64,000 nt of DNA from Haliotis cracherodii (GCF_022045235.1 NW_027266264.1:25730001-25794000); one strand, 5' to 3'; positions 40,813 through 54,987 are shown, counted from the first letter of the stretch. Notes: generated by a model not told the origin, from the letters alone. Numbers and translations: made by a program.

Positions 40813-42606
40813 CACATGCAGAATCAGATTACATGTTATTGTTAGTCACACCACAGGTAGTATATCAAATTTCATGGTGGTTACAAGGGACAGCTTGGTG
40901 AAAAAATCAAAGCATGACAAAAATGTATCAATGGTATATTATGCATGCAACATACTCACTGCATATCAAATTTCATAATGATACCTGCCGAATTGTCTGC
41001 GGAATGGGAAAAAATGACATTCTGTACATGGCTGTCATGGCAGCCGTGTTTAAAATCAAATCCATCAGAATTCATCTGAGCACTTCCAATAAAAATCATC
41101 CATGTAAAGACTCAGCTTCATCAGCCGTCTATGTTTTGAGTAGATGTCGAAAATGCAAACATGAACAATGTACCGACAAATGCCAGACAGCAAACCATGA
41201 CAAAATGTAAGTTGACCCCAAAAAAGCGATATCATTACACTTATCCATTCCACTGTGTTTCTCAATCAGGTTTTGTGGGAGAAATAAATACCCCAGACAA
41301 AACAGCCACCTGGTTTTCCATTGCCGTTGTTGTCTTTTCAAAATTCAAAACATCAACACCAGAGATAAATCCGTCTCGATTGTCTGTCAAAACAGATTCC
41401 ATTGTTTGTAACAGGCAAAACATTGCTAAATATTTCATGGATGTGTAGCAGGGTGTGGAGTCATCCCACAGATGACATCCTTACCTTGTCAGCTTGCTGA
41501 TAGGATTAACCTCTTTTGGTCATGTGGACAAGGCATCCAACCTTGGATCAGAAGGACAATGGTTTGAATCCCATCTTGGGACATGGAAATTTTATGGCCA
41601 CTACGAATGGAAAACAGTGGGAAAACAGTGCACTGCTCGACTGGAATGGTAATACCTGCCACTCAAACAATTTTCCTATGATGGCAGCCGGTGAAAATCA
41701 AGTCTGGACCAGTTCTCCACATAAGAATCTATGTAGCTGAATAAGGGGATGTCAGAAGATCCTAACCATGTGACAGGTGAGAAAACAGACACCATACTCT
41801 ACTTTGAGTCTACTGAAACAAATGAGGGTGACACTTTGGACTTGCTAAACATCTTTTGGTGCACTTCCAAGGGCCATTCCTTTCAAACGTTTTCATCACA
41901 AGATGGCATGTGTCAAGGATGCATGTAATCAGATTACACCCACTGGAATGTCAGACCTCTTGCTGGGCAACAGAACTACTTTGTATCACCTAACATTCAA
42001 CCTGCTAAACTTTTTTTCACACTTTCAAAAATAAATGTTTTCATCCCTTAATTGCTTGAGAGGGAACTGTTTCCCTGACATAGATAGATGTAAAATATTT
42101 TCAAAGGCCAAGTATATCTTACCTTGACCTTCACCAACAACAGGTGGTAGGTAATGTAAGATATGCTCTATAATTTCTTGAACACCTGGTGTCAACTAGA
42201 ACGCAGTAGTGTTCCATGCGAAAGATTCTTACTATTGCTGCTAAAACTTCATTTCAACTCACTTCGGACAGATGTGAATATGAATATCCCAAGGTGGTAA
42301 AGACTTTATGTAATCCCTTGTGAAGGGCAAAAGATCGCCAGTCTGTGTTTTGCTTGTGCTTGCTTGAGTTTGCTTATGTTTGATTCTCAACATGTCATCT
42401 CGATTAGATTAATCATAAAACAACCTTTTGACTAAAACAACCTACCAGCCACAATTATCCAGACACGAACAGTCCAGTCACACACTATGTCCGCTAAGTG
42501 ACAGTTATTTTACCGCTTGTACGTTAGAATAATTGTAGCAGATACAAATGTCAGATTTTCTGTTGATGTTACACTATAAATGACACTGAAAACAAAAGGT
42601 TAAGAT

Positions 42607-42983
42607 AGTGATACAAGGGCAGATATGGATGATTAGCGAAATAAAAGTCAGAAAAACGAGACATCCTCCCAGCATCCTCAATCATGGTACTGTGGGCAGC
42701 AACAACACTACACAAAGGCCGGAAGTCAAAGTTGTGACAAATATCACAAACCAACTGCCCCGTGAAGATCAAGGGTAGAATAGGTCTCCAGCAACTCATG
42801 CTTGAAGCAACTATGCTCGCTGTAAGAGGTGACTAACGGAATCAGGTGGTCATGCTCACTGACTTGGATGATGCATGTCATTGTATCCCAATTGCGTGGA
42901 TCGATGCTTATGAAGGCAATCACTGGATTGTCTGGTCTGGAATATTGCTGAGCTTGGCATTAAACAACAAACAAACAAACAAA
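42607..42983 (+). mobile_element. Family B copy with the same ~150-bp 5' extension
   Basis: agtgataca..ggcagatatggatgattagcgaaataaaa...gttgtgacaaatatcacaaaccaac, then ccgtgaag. Confidence 0.8.
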
Positions 42984-43714
42984 TCCTTCTTGTGACTCAC
43001 TGCAATACATGGCTAGGAGGACTGACAAAATATACTGAAACTGAATCAATATTTTTGTTATACTTTCTGTATAATATTGTGTGAAAGCAATCCAGTAATT
43101 TTGATATCATGAGGAAGTTTTTTTTTCATGTGATGAAGCTACTGTTATACCAGTCTGTTGACAATTTGATGTTCATGAAAATAAGCCCAATTTGGACAAA
43201 ATGTATGGAAACACGAATAATGTGGAATTGATGAGATTAATATTGAATTGCATTGCATTACATAATTTGTTCTCTTATCATTTTCTCTGGCCACATTATT
43301 TTATGGGAGAACAATCCAATTATAGTTTGAGGGACTTAAGTACACTTTCCTCCTCAGGAGCAGCATTCCATGAAATGATTCAGGATTTACATCTCCCTTT
43401 AACCTTTCAGTATCTGAGCTGAGGGCACATCTTACTTTCAATATACGTTTGAAGCTAGTACATGCAGAAGATTGAACTATCATGTTCTTGCTGAAAGTAA
43501 CACAACCAGAATCATGCAAATTAAAGATAACATGTTCAAGTAATTTCACTCTGCTAATTCCGGACAGTGTTCCAAACATTTCAACCACCATAAATAGCAC
43601 ACCTAATTTGTGAAGGCCAAGTTAGATCATCACATTAATATGTATCTAACTAAAACCTGACCTTCTTACCAAATCAATGGGTCCACCTCCATGGTCTGGT
43701 AGAAGGTTGGTGAG

Positions 43715-43864
43715 TTGATGCCTGGCCGGTCGTACAAAAAGACATAAAAAATATACTGTGTCGGAGTGGGGTATCCATTTTGTGGCATGGTAGTGGGCAA
43801 GCACTATAAAACCACCTTTAGTCTGTACTAGGAGAAGCACACAGGCGCAGTGACACACACACAC

Positions 43865-43915
<51 letters not shown>

Positions 43916-43943
43916 CACACACACGGAGACACACACACACACA
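43715..43943 (+). mobile_element. Deleted SINE family D copy with expanded (CA)n tail (43853-43943)
   Basis: gagtggggtat...gcatggta..gtgggc.agcactataaa shared with the 23160 copy. Confidence 0.6.
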
Positions 43944-45026
43944 CCTCTATGTAAGAGGAATAATTTTGAATACGCCATCAAACCCCATTTAACCTCACCT
44001 AACCAAATCAAAGTGATTGTGTAACTGATGCTACAAAATCAAAGTAATTGTTTAATTGATGCATTGGACATGTTTCTGTGTTCATTCCGGCAGCCATCTT
44101 GTTTCTTATCCAAACATACAGACAATGTTTATGCAACATAAAAGCTTCTCACAAGTTTCCATGGATCTTGTCAGATTCCATTGAAAGGAAAACAGATGAA
44201 TAACACAAATGGGTTTCTGCAAAACGTTCCTCTAGTTGCCAATCTTGATAGAATCCAGACCCTTGGATCAATGTTTAGACCAGTCACATGGAATAAACTT
44301 GAGATTAGATTCCTCATTAACTGACAATGTAAATAAGATCGTAATTGTTCCTTTCACCTAGGAATTGAAGCAGAAGAACCTTAAACTTTTCCAGTTATAC
44401 ATGTATTACGGTGTGTCAGCTTAATGTGGGACAATGCCCGGACTGTCTATTGACATGTTTGTCAAAGTGGTAGTGGCCGTTGACTTATAGGGTATATCTA
44501 TGGAACAAGACAGCTAACAAACTTGAAATGTACTCCTTGAAATGTACACTAATTATATACATTTTTTATGTACTGGTACAGATGTATGTACATCTTGAAA
44601 TACACACCTTGAAATACATGCCTTATTCAGAACATCTTTTATGTACTGGTACATATTGTATACGTTAACATCTTGAAATATACTCTTTGAAATGCACACC
44701 TTAGTATGTACCGCGTATAAGCCGAATTTTGAGGACCAGAAAAAAGATTATGTGGAAAGGGGTCGGCTTATCCACAGGATACACTTTCACGATAGCATTT
44801 TTCAGATCGTGATCCGACAGAAACATCGCCTGAATGACGGTCCGATAGATTACAACCCGAAAGTTTGGAATCAAGTTAAAATTATCAATAAAGTTATTAT
44901 TATACACCAATGTTGTCATTAATAAAGTTATTATTATACACCAATGTTGTCATTATTAAAAAAATGTTATGCATATTACTACTTACGATAATAAAATTTT
45001 AGAAACTGACACATATTGTATGTATA

Positions 45027-46222
45027 CGAGGGCCATTCAATATATAACCAGCCTAACCTATTTGCTACTGCTCCTCACTTCTACTTTTTCCACATAAACA
45101 CCATTGAGGTCTATGCACTTTGTCCAGCGATGTGTGAGAGCTAAAAGCCCGTTGTGATAGAAACCATGGGGTTGTTCGTGTAACCACCCCTCCACTGCTG
45201 TCGTGAGTTCATCATCGGACCAGAAATGACGTCCACACAGTTTTTTCTTCAAGTTTGGGAAGAGAAAGAAGTCGCTTGGTGCCAGGTCTGGTGAGTAAGG
45301 TGGATGAGGCAATACTTTGAACCCGTTCCGCTTCACTGTGGCAACCGCAAGTCGACAGGTGTGCACTCTGGCATTATCATGTTGGAGCAGCGCACCTTTT
45401 GTGATCTTTCCACGACGTTCGGCAAGAATAGCAGTCCGCGGTCCAGGAGATTGGAGTAGTACTCTCCAATAATAGTCTGGCCACGTGGCAAGTAGTCAAT
45501 GAGCAAGACCCCTTTGGTATCCCAAAAGATGGTTGCCATGACTTTGCCAGCCGATGGTTGAGTCTTAAAACTTTTTGTGACTGGGTGAAGCAAAGCCAGT
45601 CCACTGCTTACTCCATAAAGTTGACTGCATCCCGACTGCATTGCATCAAAAGTGCATGACACATTGACGCACGTACAGCCTTCTGATCATCACTCAGACA
45701 TTTCGGGACCCATCGGGCAGACAGCTTCCTCATACCCAGACGATCATGCAAAATGGTATGGACACTTCCCTCTGAAATGTCCAAGGCCTTGGCCATTTCT
45801 GACACCTTCATTCGCCTGTCTTTGACAACCAGTTGTCTCACAGCTTCACTGGTTTGGTCATTGGTCACCTCTACAGGCCTGCCAGGGCGTGGCTCATCTT
45901 CCAGGTTCACCCGACCCCTCTTAAATTCTGCAACCCAGAATTTGACCTGTGCATACGAAGGTGCACTGTCACCATAAACATCTGACAATTCATCATGTAT
46001 CTCCTTTCCTGATTTCCCTTTTAATTGGAGACCCTGTATTCAACCTTTGTACGGAAATTTGGCAGAATCTACCCTTGCCATCTTTATAGATCACGTGTGT
46101 GACTTCAAATACAATTTCCTCAGTGAAACTTTGTGTATGCACGTGACATACATTGGTGCACAGCACGTGACAAGCATGCAAACATTAAGATCTGATAAAT
46201 AGCTTAGGCTGGTTATATATTG
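45027..46222 (-). mobile_element. Decayed mariner (DD34D) transposon with internal deletions
   Basis: TA+cgagggccattcaatatataaccagcctaa at 45025; only the inner 19 bp of the other TIR survive (46204-46222). Motifs VYGDSAPSY, SARWVPK, KVMATIFWD, QHDNAR, HPPYSPDLAPSDFFLFPNLKK. Confidence 0.93.
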
Positions 46223-47130
46223 GTTAGTTAGTCCATCAAAAACATAACTCCATAATTCCAGCCAAGTTCGGCAAGGTTGGAAACTGGCTGGATGTTTGTA
46301 GTCAGTTAACTCCCTTGCCTAGGGAAGATGCAATGGACTAGATCACATCTAGAACATAAATACATTTTCCTTTGAGCCTGTAACCATTTTAGAAGAATGA
46401 TGTGTCACTTTAATCACATTTGTACTCCTTTGAAGCCAATTTAAACTCTTTCAACTCAACTCCACTCCTGCTGGAAGGGACACCTTGATTTAAATACTTC
46501 TATCTCACCCATCCAACTATGGACACCTGTATTCATCTGACCTAACTACAAGCAAGTCAGTATTTATCTGATGTTAAACTGTGTTAACCACCTGTTATCT
46601 GCCAATGTCGGGATGTTCTAATCATCACATGCTTTGAAGTGTTCTGCTGGGAGGCCTACAGAACCATGTTGTTCTGTGTCAGAGGAATATAACTATACAC
46701 AGTCATACTTCACAGACAATGGCCTAGGGATAGTATTGATAACAAGGACATTTATATTTATTTATTTTCGTCTTCTCATTATTTTGGCACCAAGACTATT
46801 GATGTAGACTGTGGTAGGTCTGACGTGCAGCAATACATAATCTACTCATTGTTTTGGGGGGCTGCAATTTCCTACAGTGATGTTGTGGCTGGAAGTTATT
46901 TCCAAACAGAAAGAAGCAGGAACTATTTTTTATTTACCCCTCTGTACTTAGTGGCTGTAAACATACTGGAAATGCAATGTTGAGATATTAACATGTTTGT
47001 TTTTTCCTCATAAAGATGATCAGACAAACAACAAGTACATATTTGATAAATGTACTAATATCACCAATGAATCATCTAAACAGTAAAATAAACAAATTGT
47101 TATCCACACAAACTGCTTCTTCTTACCATG

Positions 47131-47394
47131 GTTTCTTTGTTTGTTGAAATCTTTGTTGTTTAACCCTGCACTTATCAATGTGCCAGCTCTATGACAGCAG
47201 TCTTTAAATAATCAAGACTGGACCAGACAATCCAGGATTGTTAGGAAATTAGAAATTAGGATACGATGACATGCATCAACCAAGTCAGCAAGCATGAATG
47301 CCCGATCCCGTTAGTAGCCCCTTACGACAAGCATAGTCATTTTTACGGCAAGCATGGGTTGCTGGAGACCTATTCTAGCCCGGATCTTCATGGG
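47131..47394 (-). mobile_element. Retroposon family B full-length copy
   Basis: Ends in cccggatcttcatggg. Confidence 0.85.
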
Positions 47395-49870
47395 TGCTTC
47401 TTGTATCGATGTCATGGCAGACTAACTATAATAATATGAAAGAATCAGGTTTTCTTAAACACATATATGTTGTGACCTCAAACTATGTCATAATGGGATG
47501 CAATCGTGCTTGTATAGACCGGATGCAGAGTCATTGACACAGACATAGGTGTTTCCCATACACATGTAACCAAGTCTTGCATCACACAAGGATTTGAATA
47601 CCAACCAATTATCAGCTTTAGGTGACAAGCCTACAACTACATGTATGCCAGACTTAATTGAACTGGGTACTGTATGGATGAACATATTGGCCATCAATGC
47701 TGCTAATTGTTTTCATCGCTCACCCATTCAATTAACATACAGTTGTATTACAGATCGTGTAATAACATCCAAAGGACAGCACCTTTTCTTGGCATTAGCT
47801 GATTCTTGGAATGGTGGCGTTGGTAGCACATTGGAACTGTACATAATGTCTACTGGGCTCCATCAAGGATAATCTATTCCCAATTGACACTACTTAATTT
47901 TACAAAACTGCAGAGATGCATTGACAAGATGTGCATTTATCTCAAAACTTGCTCTATTACAGACATATTTTATTTGAAATTGTAATAATTTTTTTTTTGG
48001 CAGTTGCCTTTGATATATAGCTGGACTCAAATAAAGTTGAAATAAAGTACACAATCTATGTCAAAGCATGATCGTGACATAAATCGCTGACACTACTTCA
48101 CCTTCATTTTGCAAATGAGTTTCAGCCCCTTTGACCCTGTGGTCAGCTGTTAGGAATGTCATTTTCATTGTTCATATCAACCGATGGAATTCAATGTTGT
48201 GAATCTTTAGTGCACTGTTATTGTGTTGCTTAATGGTAATTAAGATCAATTTTCTAACATATAAACTACCTGTTGACTTGTATGAAATCACATAGTTAAC
48301 ATAGCATGACTGATTGATGAGACGGTCATCTCTAGGCCCCTTGGTGATATTTGTGTTGATGTTATCGTGTACATAATTTTGAAATCGGCATCTTTTCTTA
48401 CCATCTATCTCAGAGAAAGCTGTTTACTTTATTGCCAGGTTGTACTTTGAGAGGACAGTCCTTGACTGAATCATCACCTATGAATGTTCAATTTTTTTCA
48501 ACACAGAATTCAGATTGGGGGCAAAGTTTAAGTGTTTTTTCAATAAAATACCACCTTTCCCTGCTAGGTACTGTTTTCACATCTTCCCGAGGCTTAGGGC
48601 GTTAACTTACTATAAAAGTCCAGTTTCCACCCTTGCCGTACAAGGATGGAATTCTGGAGTTACATTTTGGCTGGACTAATGTGTCTATGCATAATTCAAT
48701 CAAAATCGCTTAACCAACTAGACATTCGGTCAGTAAACAACATGGATTTCAATGTGGAGATTTTGGTTGACTGCAGGATTTGCAAAGCATGTGTACAGCC
48801 AACTTGGTGTTGACAGATATTTTGCAAATGTTTTGATATTTTTTATCAAGGTGCTCAAGTAATTTGATGCACTTTGCGGGTTAAGACCCTTTTTATTATT
48901 TTATAGATCGTGATGATCGATCAGATCGTCTGGACTGGGTGCTGCCATTTTGTTTAAAGCAAATGCAAATGATATGAGGAAGGAATCTTATTGGTCAGTA
49001 GGTGGGACATAACTCGTAATAGCAACTGGCAGCACTATGAACGACCCTGGAAATTGTAGTGTTGTTCGGAAAGGTTGGAAACTCCCATGACTCCCGTTTT
49101 TATTACAACTGATATATTTCTCAACGTAAATAACTCGCTTTCGTTTGTTAGATATACACTTGTAATAAAAACGGTATCTGACAGTGACTAATTGAAAATA
49201 TCTGTATACCTTTAACTCTGAATAAGAATAATAAACTGCAAGGATGACAATACCTTAAAGACTTGTTGCATGTGCAGTTGCGAGTCCTCATATTTTTGTC
49301 ATTAAACAAAAACTCTGCATGTTCACAGAAAAATCAGAACTGAATTTCAAATTTGTGATTGAAAAAATCATCCTTTCTAAAATAATGTATCATTTTTTAA
49401 ATATGTGAACATTTAGATACCCAAATAGAAGAGTGAATTCTTGAAAGAAAAGAAGGAAAAAAAATCTTTTTTTAAGTTAAAACTATTTTAAATAAAAAAA
49501 TTCAATGTCATACTCTAAATGAGAATGTGTCGGAAAAAATCAAAACCAATTCAAAGATACTGTTTGGGAATATAAATGACAGAACCCTTTTCATAATCAC
49601 AAGAAATCACTGCTAGATGTGATGTACAATTCCTATTCTATGTGTTTATGAATCACTATGAAAAACCAGGTCTACAAAAAAAGGTGAGCATGTCCTGCCC
49701 AAACAGTGGCACCTGTCATAAATACATGCAAAGGCAAGTCAATTGTTCAACTGAAAACCATGTATCATAAACAGTGGTTTGAATGTATTATAATTAGTTT
49801 TGTTCTGTGCATTTTGCATCAGATAGGACATCATTTACACACATCTACCCATCCTTGGAACCAATGAAGT

Positions 49871-50023
49871 GAGTGAGTGAGTATGGTTTTATGCTGCTTT
49901 TAGCAATATCATGGCGGGGGACACCAGAAATGGGCTTCACACATTGTACCCATGTCGGGAATCGAACCAGGGTCTTCAGCGTGCTGAGCGAACACTTTAA
50001 CCACTAGGCTACCCAACAGCCCC
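49871..50023 (-). mobile_element. SINE family A copy
   Basis: TSD gga(a/t)ccaatgaagt. Confidence 0.9.
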
Positions 50024-51738
50024 GGATCCAATGAAGTTTAAGAAAAGGAAACAAATATCTCATATAAAAAGAACAGAGACGATATATCTGACACTTGAAT
50101 CATGAATGAACTGGCAACATGATTAAATTCCTTGATCTTTCTTAGCTATGTATGACTGAATTTCGTAAAATTTCACAATACCCATTTTTGAATAATTAAC
50201 CTTAAGCTACGCAATGGATCACTGAAATACATATTTAACATGTCTGATTGCTTATGTACACAAGGATGATAAATTGTCTGAATTACAACAAAATCTCAAA
50301 TGATATACGATTGTATGAATGTCATCTTTGTCCCATATATCAGATGAGTGCAAGATATCTTGACTATACATTACCATAACATTATCAAATGCACCAGTAC
50401 TATCCCCATGATATATTTACCAGATATTCCTATATCTACGATTCATGAGTCGAGGTATCTGCACAGCTGTATCACTCCACACAGTACCAGGTCAAAGCAA
50501 TAGATTATCCATCAAAGCTATGCATGGCAAAAATGGATGTTGCTTGACAGAATTATTTGGAAGATAGCAATATGAAGCAGAGAACCTATTTCAGATTCTT
50601 GTTAGCCATAACTGTCTCCATCTCCATGTACATCTAACAGGAAAATAACTAAACACTTAGTTTCATGTGATTACTCGATATAAATCCAAATTGGAAATGA
50701 ATTACAAATACTGTGTCCCTTTTTTTACCAAATATAGAGAAAAAAAAGGGATAATATTAATTACCTCAGTATTTGAACACATACATTTTTTATGGATAAG
50801 CAGTAATTTCCGGTATATTCCTAAATATAAAGAAGCAATGAAATGAAATGGCAAAAAATAAAAGAGATCCATATAAAGAAGTGTCATGTCTTCTACCAAT
50901 ATCAGAATGCCTGTCAAGACTAAACATCAACATGGATGATTGGTATCCACTAGAACCTGTACGATCAGTGGAGTGAACACCTGTTGATTCTCAAGTAAAA
51001 TCTTTGTTCTTCCTTGGCTTCAGAGACATTATCATTGAACAACTGTTGTTTGAAACTAATGATATCACAAACCTATCATCAACAGTAATTACTAGGTCAA
51101 GTGCGACTGAAGAATATAATCTTCATGTTACCAATTCATTCTCTAAGACCACAGAAATATGAACAGGAATGAGCATTTGATCTTTAGTGGTATCAAGAGT
51201 TAACATATTAGATATTTTCACAGCCTTAGATTGCTCTTGTGACATTCTAAAGGGCAGTGTAATGTTTCAATCTAAATTACTTTTGAACTGATATAAATTT
51301 CAATTACCAGGTCCAGATAACATTCTCCATTATATATAGTCATACTGTACTTGGCTTACATTTTTCACTGAGTATACTTTGACAAACGGAGGCATTTTAA
51401 ATCTTTATCACTGAGCAGTTTTAGTTGACACATGTCATCAATGTTACCAATCTATTACTTCTGAGGTTCTACCTCTTCAATTGTCAATAGGGCATTTTGT
51501 CATGGAAGGATTGCCTTCAATACGAATTCCGGTTGGAATAACGCCTTCAAAGAAGACCATATGAAACGTTATTGCCCATCTACGACTCATAATATAAACC
51601 TATTATGCAATGTCACAGTCCGAATTAAGAATTAGATTGATATGTCATGACAGTATCACGTACTCTGTAAACGCCTGGAATAAAAATACATTGTCACGCA
51701 TTAGAAATGAGATTAAAAAGTAAATGAAAAGCACTTAC

Positions 51739-52148
51739 ACTGAAAAGTGATACACCCATGCTGTCCACTCTTTCGGCCTCTCCAAGAAATTGTATATCCT
51801 TGCCTGTAATCTGCGGTATCTAACATCTCGTCTATGTTGGCGATAATTCAGAGGTCTCCCAAGAAGAGACAGTCTAGGTTGGATGAATCTCCTGTGTGCT
51901 CCATTTCTGAAACTTGACAATTCTCGGTCCTCACCGCCGCTTGACTTTTCATCATCCTCCATAAGAGCGAATTCCACACGGAGAGGGCGTCTCTCCGCAC
52001 GTGCAGGACTGAGAGGGGGCGACTCGGTGTCGCTAGCCAACAACTGAGCATTGCGTGTACCCTCAAATCTGGACTGCCCCAACCTGCGTTGACCACTGCG
52101 AGGACGATGACTACCCCCTTCCTTATTAGATTGTAAATTTGCCGTCAT
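51739..52148 (-). CDS. KCNQ: KCNQ (Kv7) voltage-gated potassium channel, first coding exon (N-terminus to start of S1), KCNQ2-5/invertebrate type
   Basis: Translation MTANLQ...PRLSLLGRPLNYRQHRRDVRYRRLQARIYNFLERPKEWTAWVYHFSV matches the KCNQ pre-S1 motifs (R[M/L]SLLG[K/R]PL, YRRLQ..YN[F/V]LERP, YH). The exon ends TCA GT|GTAAGT (donor 51738-51733), a phase-2 intron in the Val codon as in vertebrate KCNQ exon 1. ATG at 52148 is the first Met after an in-frame stop. Confidence 0.93.
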
Positions 52149-52172
52149 TTTAAGAAGCTTGGGAGCTACCAC

Positions 52173-52241
52173 TTACTTAATAGCCATCGATAATCCCATG
52201 TTTTCCACCGTTGTTGCCATTAGGTAACCACGCACGACCAT
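52173..52241 (-). promoter_or_regulatory. In-frame uORF (MVVRGYLMATTVENMGLSMAIK*) in the putative KCNQ 5' leader
   Basis: Four in-frame ATGs starting at 52241; TAA at 52175-52173, 24 nt before the main ATG. The transcription start is unknown. Confidence 0.5.
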
Positions 52242-54160
52242 CAGAGCCCATTACCGACAGATGGGAACGGCAGCCTTCACGCAATGTATTGAAAGTCAAG
52301 CCTGCCGACGGCATCAACTATACGACAGATAGCCTGATACACTGACTATGTGGAAACGGCAGTGCCGTTTGTCATTTGAAAGAGAACGGCTGACTAGCGC
52401 CACGCGTTACTAGAAGATATGCGCGCATCCATAGATCTATATATACTCCTTTGGTGCTGTCCATATAAACCAATCCTCTGACCAGATGACCTGGTTAATA
52501 AGTGTCTAACGAAAAGTGTAATAGTTTCCGATAGGACAACATTCTTTCAAGAGTTTGGTGGTAATCCCTTCCGCTCAGTGTATAAAGGGCTATTTAAAGG
52601 GGCAAGCCGTGATGGCAGTTTGGAAGTCTCAAAACCCCATCGATTTGTAAAACGCCTTTCAGTACTAGGCATGAAAATCAATGAGACTGGACACAGACCC
52701 TTGACATAGCATTTCCGTCATGCCCCGTCTGCTGACAAGCAAGTGATCTCCATCAAAACCTCCTTTTCACCCACCCTGTTAATGAGTTGGGATTTCTTAT
52801 GCGTATAATGCTTCTTCCGTCGCAGCTCCCATGTGCAAACTTTTTACCACCACCCGTTAACGTGCACTGATGCCTTGAGTGACACTCCTAAGGATTGTGA
52901 ACCTGAAAACATCCAAATGTATCTTATTTCATTTCACAACGCGAATACGTTAATAAAATCAATTTTGAAATTGCACATCGAGGCAAAAACGACCTAGATC
53001 CCTTGGTGGGGATTATTTATTTTGCATATTTAGCAAACGTTGCAACGTGATGTTTTTTCGGAAACCTTAACACTACATAGAATTGTATATCAAACATGTC
53101 TGACACTTAAAGACTGTAGACGGAATATGTACATGTATGAATTGTATTATATTTGGCAAATGTACATTGCTATTTATTTTCGAATATATGATTGCTTGAG
53201 AAATCAATAAAACTACAATCGTGATGTGGAAGTGTTGTAAAATCATACACTTCTACAACATAGGTCTGCGTTGTAGTCATACTATTGTGTACCTGCTGAA
53301 AACCCTTACCATGTCGAAAAGAAAAGAAAACATTTGTAAAGTATTAACATGCCGAAAAGTATCATGTTGGAAAGTAACTGTCAGAGAGAAATACCACGCC
53401 GCATCATCATAATACGCGGCAAAGGTACTCGATTGTATATCCATACCATGCCTGAAAGTAAAGTCCTTTTTTTAAAGTCAACGGTAAAGTAGACGTGTAA
53501 AGTCATGTACAATCTTACCATGTTGTTTGTTTGTTGTTTTAAGCCGCACTAAGCAATATTCAAGCGAAATGACGGTGGCGAGTAAATGATCGAGCCTGGA
53601 CCAGACAGTCTTGTGATTGGTATTATAAATAAACAAACTTTCCATAATGATAAACAAATCTCTATGAATCACTATCAAATAGTCATGATACCATGCGTAT
53701 CATGTGAACGTATCCTGCTCCACCGGTGGCACCAGCTACAAACACATGAAAAGGCACGTCAATTGTTCCTTCGGAAAAAAAACACCGGGACGTATCGTAC
53801 AAGTCAGATAGGAAATTGCATCAGACAACATTTGTGTCACTGGCGCATCGAATTTGGAATTGTCGTCCACATGTCCTCCACAAAATGTTTTGAAAGCTTT
53901 ACTGAGGCCTTGACAAAGTTATCCCAAGTGGTAGGAGGCTGCTTACGATATTTGGGTCCATATCTGAATAACTGATCATGACGAAGGTTGTTAGTGTCAG
54001 CAATAGAGGAGTCACCTGTGGGTATTTGACCTACAGCTTGTTACCAGCTTATGCGTCTTGGTGGCCACAAGTTGTGGAATTTACAAGATGAGCAGCCTCA
54101 TCCACAACTTGGATGAAATGGTGTTCGTATAGGAAACTGATGGTGGTTCCTGAAATCTGA

Positions 54161-54431
54161 GGGAGCACGGGTTGCCCAGTCGTCTACGGCACTGCAAGTC
54201 GCTGTGCTGAGTTGCGTCCCTTGAGCACGCCAGAAACCTATGATCGTGGGTTCGAATCCGGGTTCGCCCCGATTATAGGTCTAGGCTTGTCAGAACCATA
54301 CACGTGCTTAATGGTTTCATCAAAGTGGTAAACATCTGGGACCTGCATCACTTCGGGCTTTCCTCCCACACCAAGCTGACACGCCACGGTATAACTTGAA
54401 TACTGATCTTCATCTATGCAAATCACTCACT
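54161..54431 (+). mobile_element. SINE family C copy
   Basis: Aligns to the 16395 copy. Confidence 0.85.
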
Positions 54432-54736
54432 TCTATTTTTGTTAATATTTTAGCACATTCAGGAAAAAATGTATTAGAATGTTACTTGAAGTTTAGAGCA
54501 TCATTTCCCTTGTTCGCAAATTTCAAGAGTTTTTTCTTTGAGTCTGTTTCTGGTTTGGCCAAACGTTTCAAAGCAATACCAAGAAGTAATCTGTCTACTC
54601 GACAATGAGCTCTTACTATTTGTAGAACCGTCTATCAGCAACAATGTTTTGGAGCCGTTTGGTTTCTTTCATTGATACAGAATAAACTCTTGTTCTTACC
54701 GTGTGCAGTCCCAATGGTTCCTGAAGGAGAGGCAAA

Positions 54737-54987
54737 CCCGTGAAGATTCTGGGGTAGAATAGGTCTTCAGATACCCATGCTTGCCGTGAAGGCGACTAAC
54801 GGGATCGGGTGGTCAGGCTCGCTGACTTGGTTGATGCATGTCGTCGATCCCAATTGCATGGATCGATGCTCATGATGTTAATCACTGGATTGTCTGGTCC
54901 AGACTCGATTATTTCCAGATCGCCGGCATTTAGCTGGAATATTGCTGAGTGCGGCGTAAAAACAAAACAACCAACCAACCAACCAAA
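54737..54987 (+). mobile_element. Retroposon family B full-length copy
   Basis: Imperfect TSD tgaaggaga..; single copy of the small hairpin. Confidence 0.9.

Larger units (their letters stand above)
1..51738 (-). other. Probable KCNQ intron 1 (over 51 kb if exon 2 lies beyond the window start)
   Basis: Canonical donor at 51738. No S1-S2 exon recognised downstream in the ORF track or by eye, but a short exon could have been missed. Confidence 0.6.

Noticed and set aside
52430-52600. TATA-like motifs upstream of KCNQ
   Set aside because: Several weak candidates in AT-rich DNA; the TSS cannot be placed from sequence alone.
53586-54120. 129-aa ORF and coding-like composition
   Set aside because: Begins inside a family B fragment; no recognisable domain.
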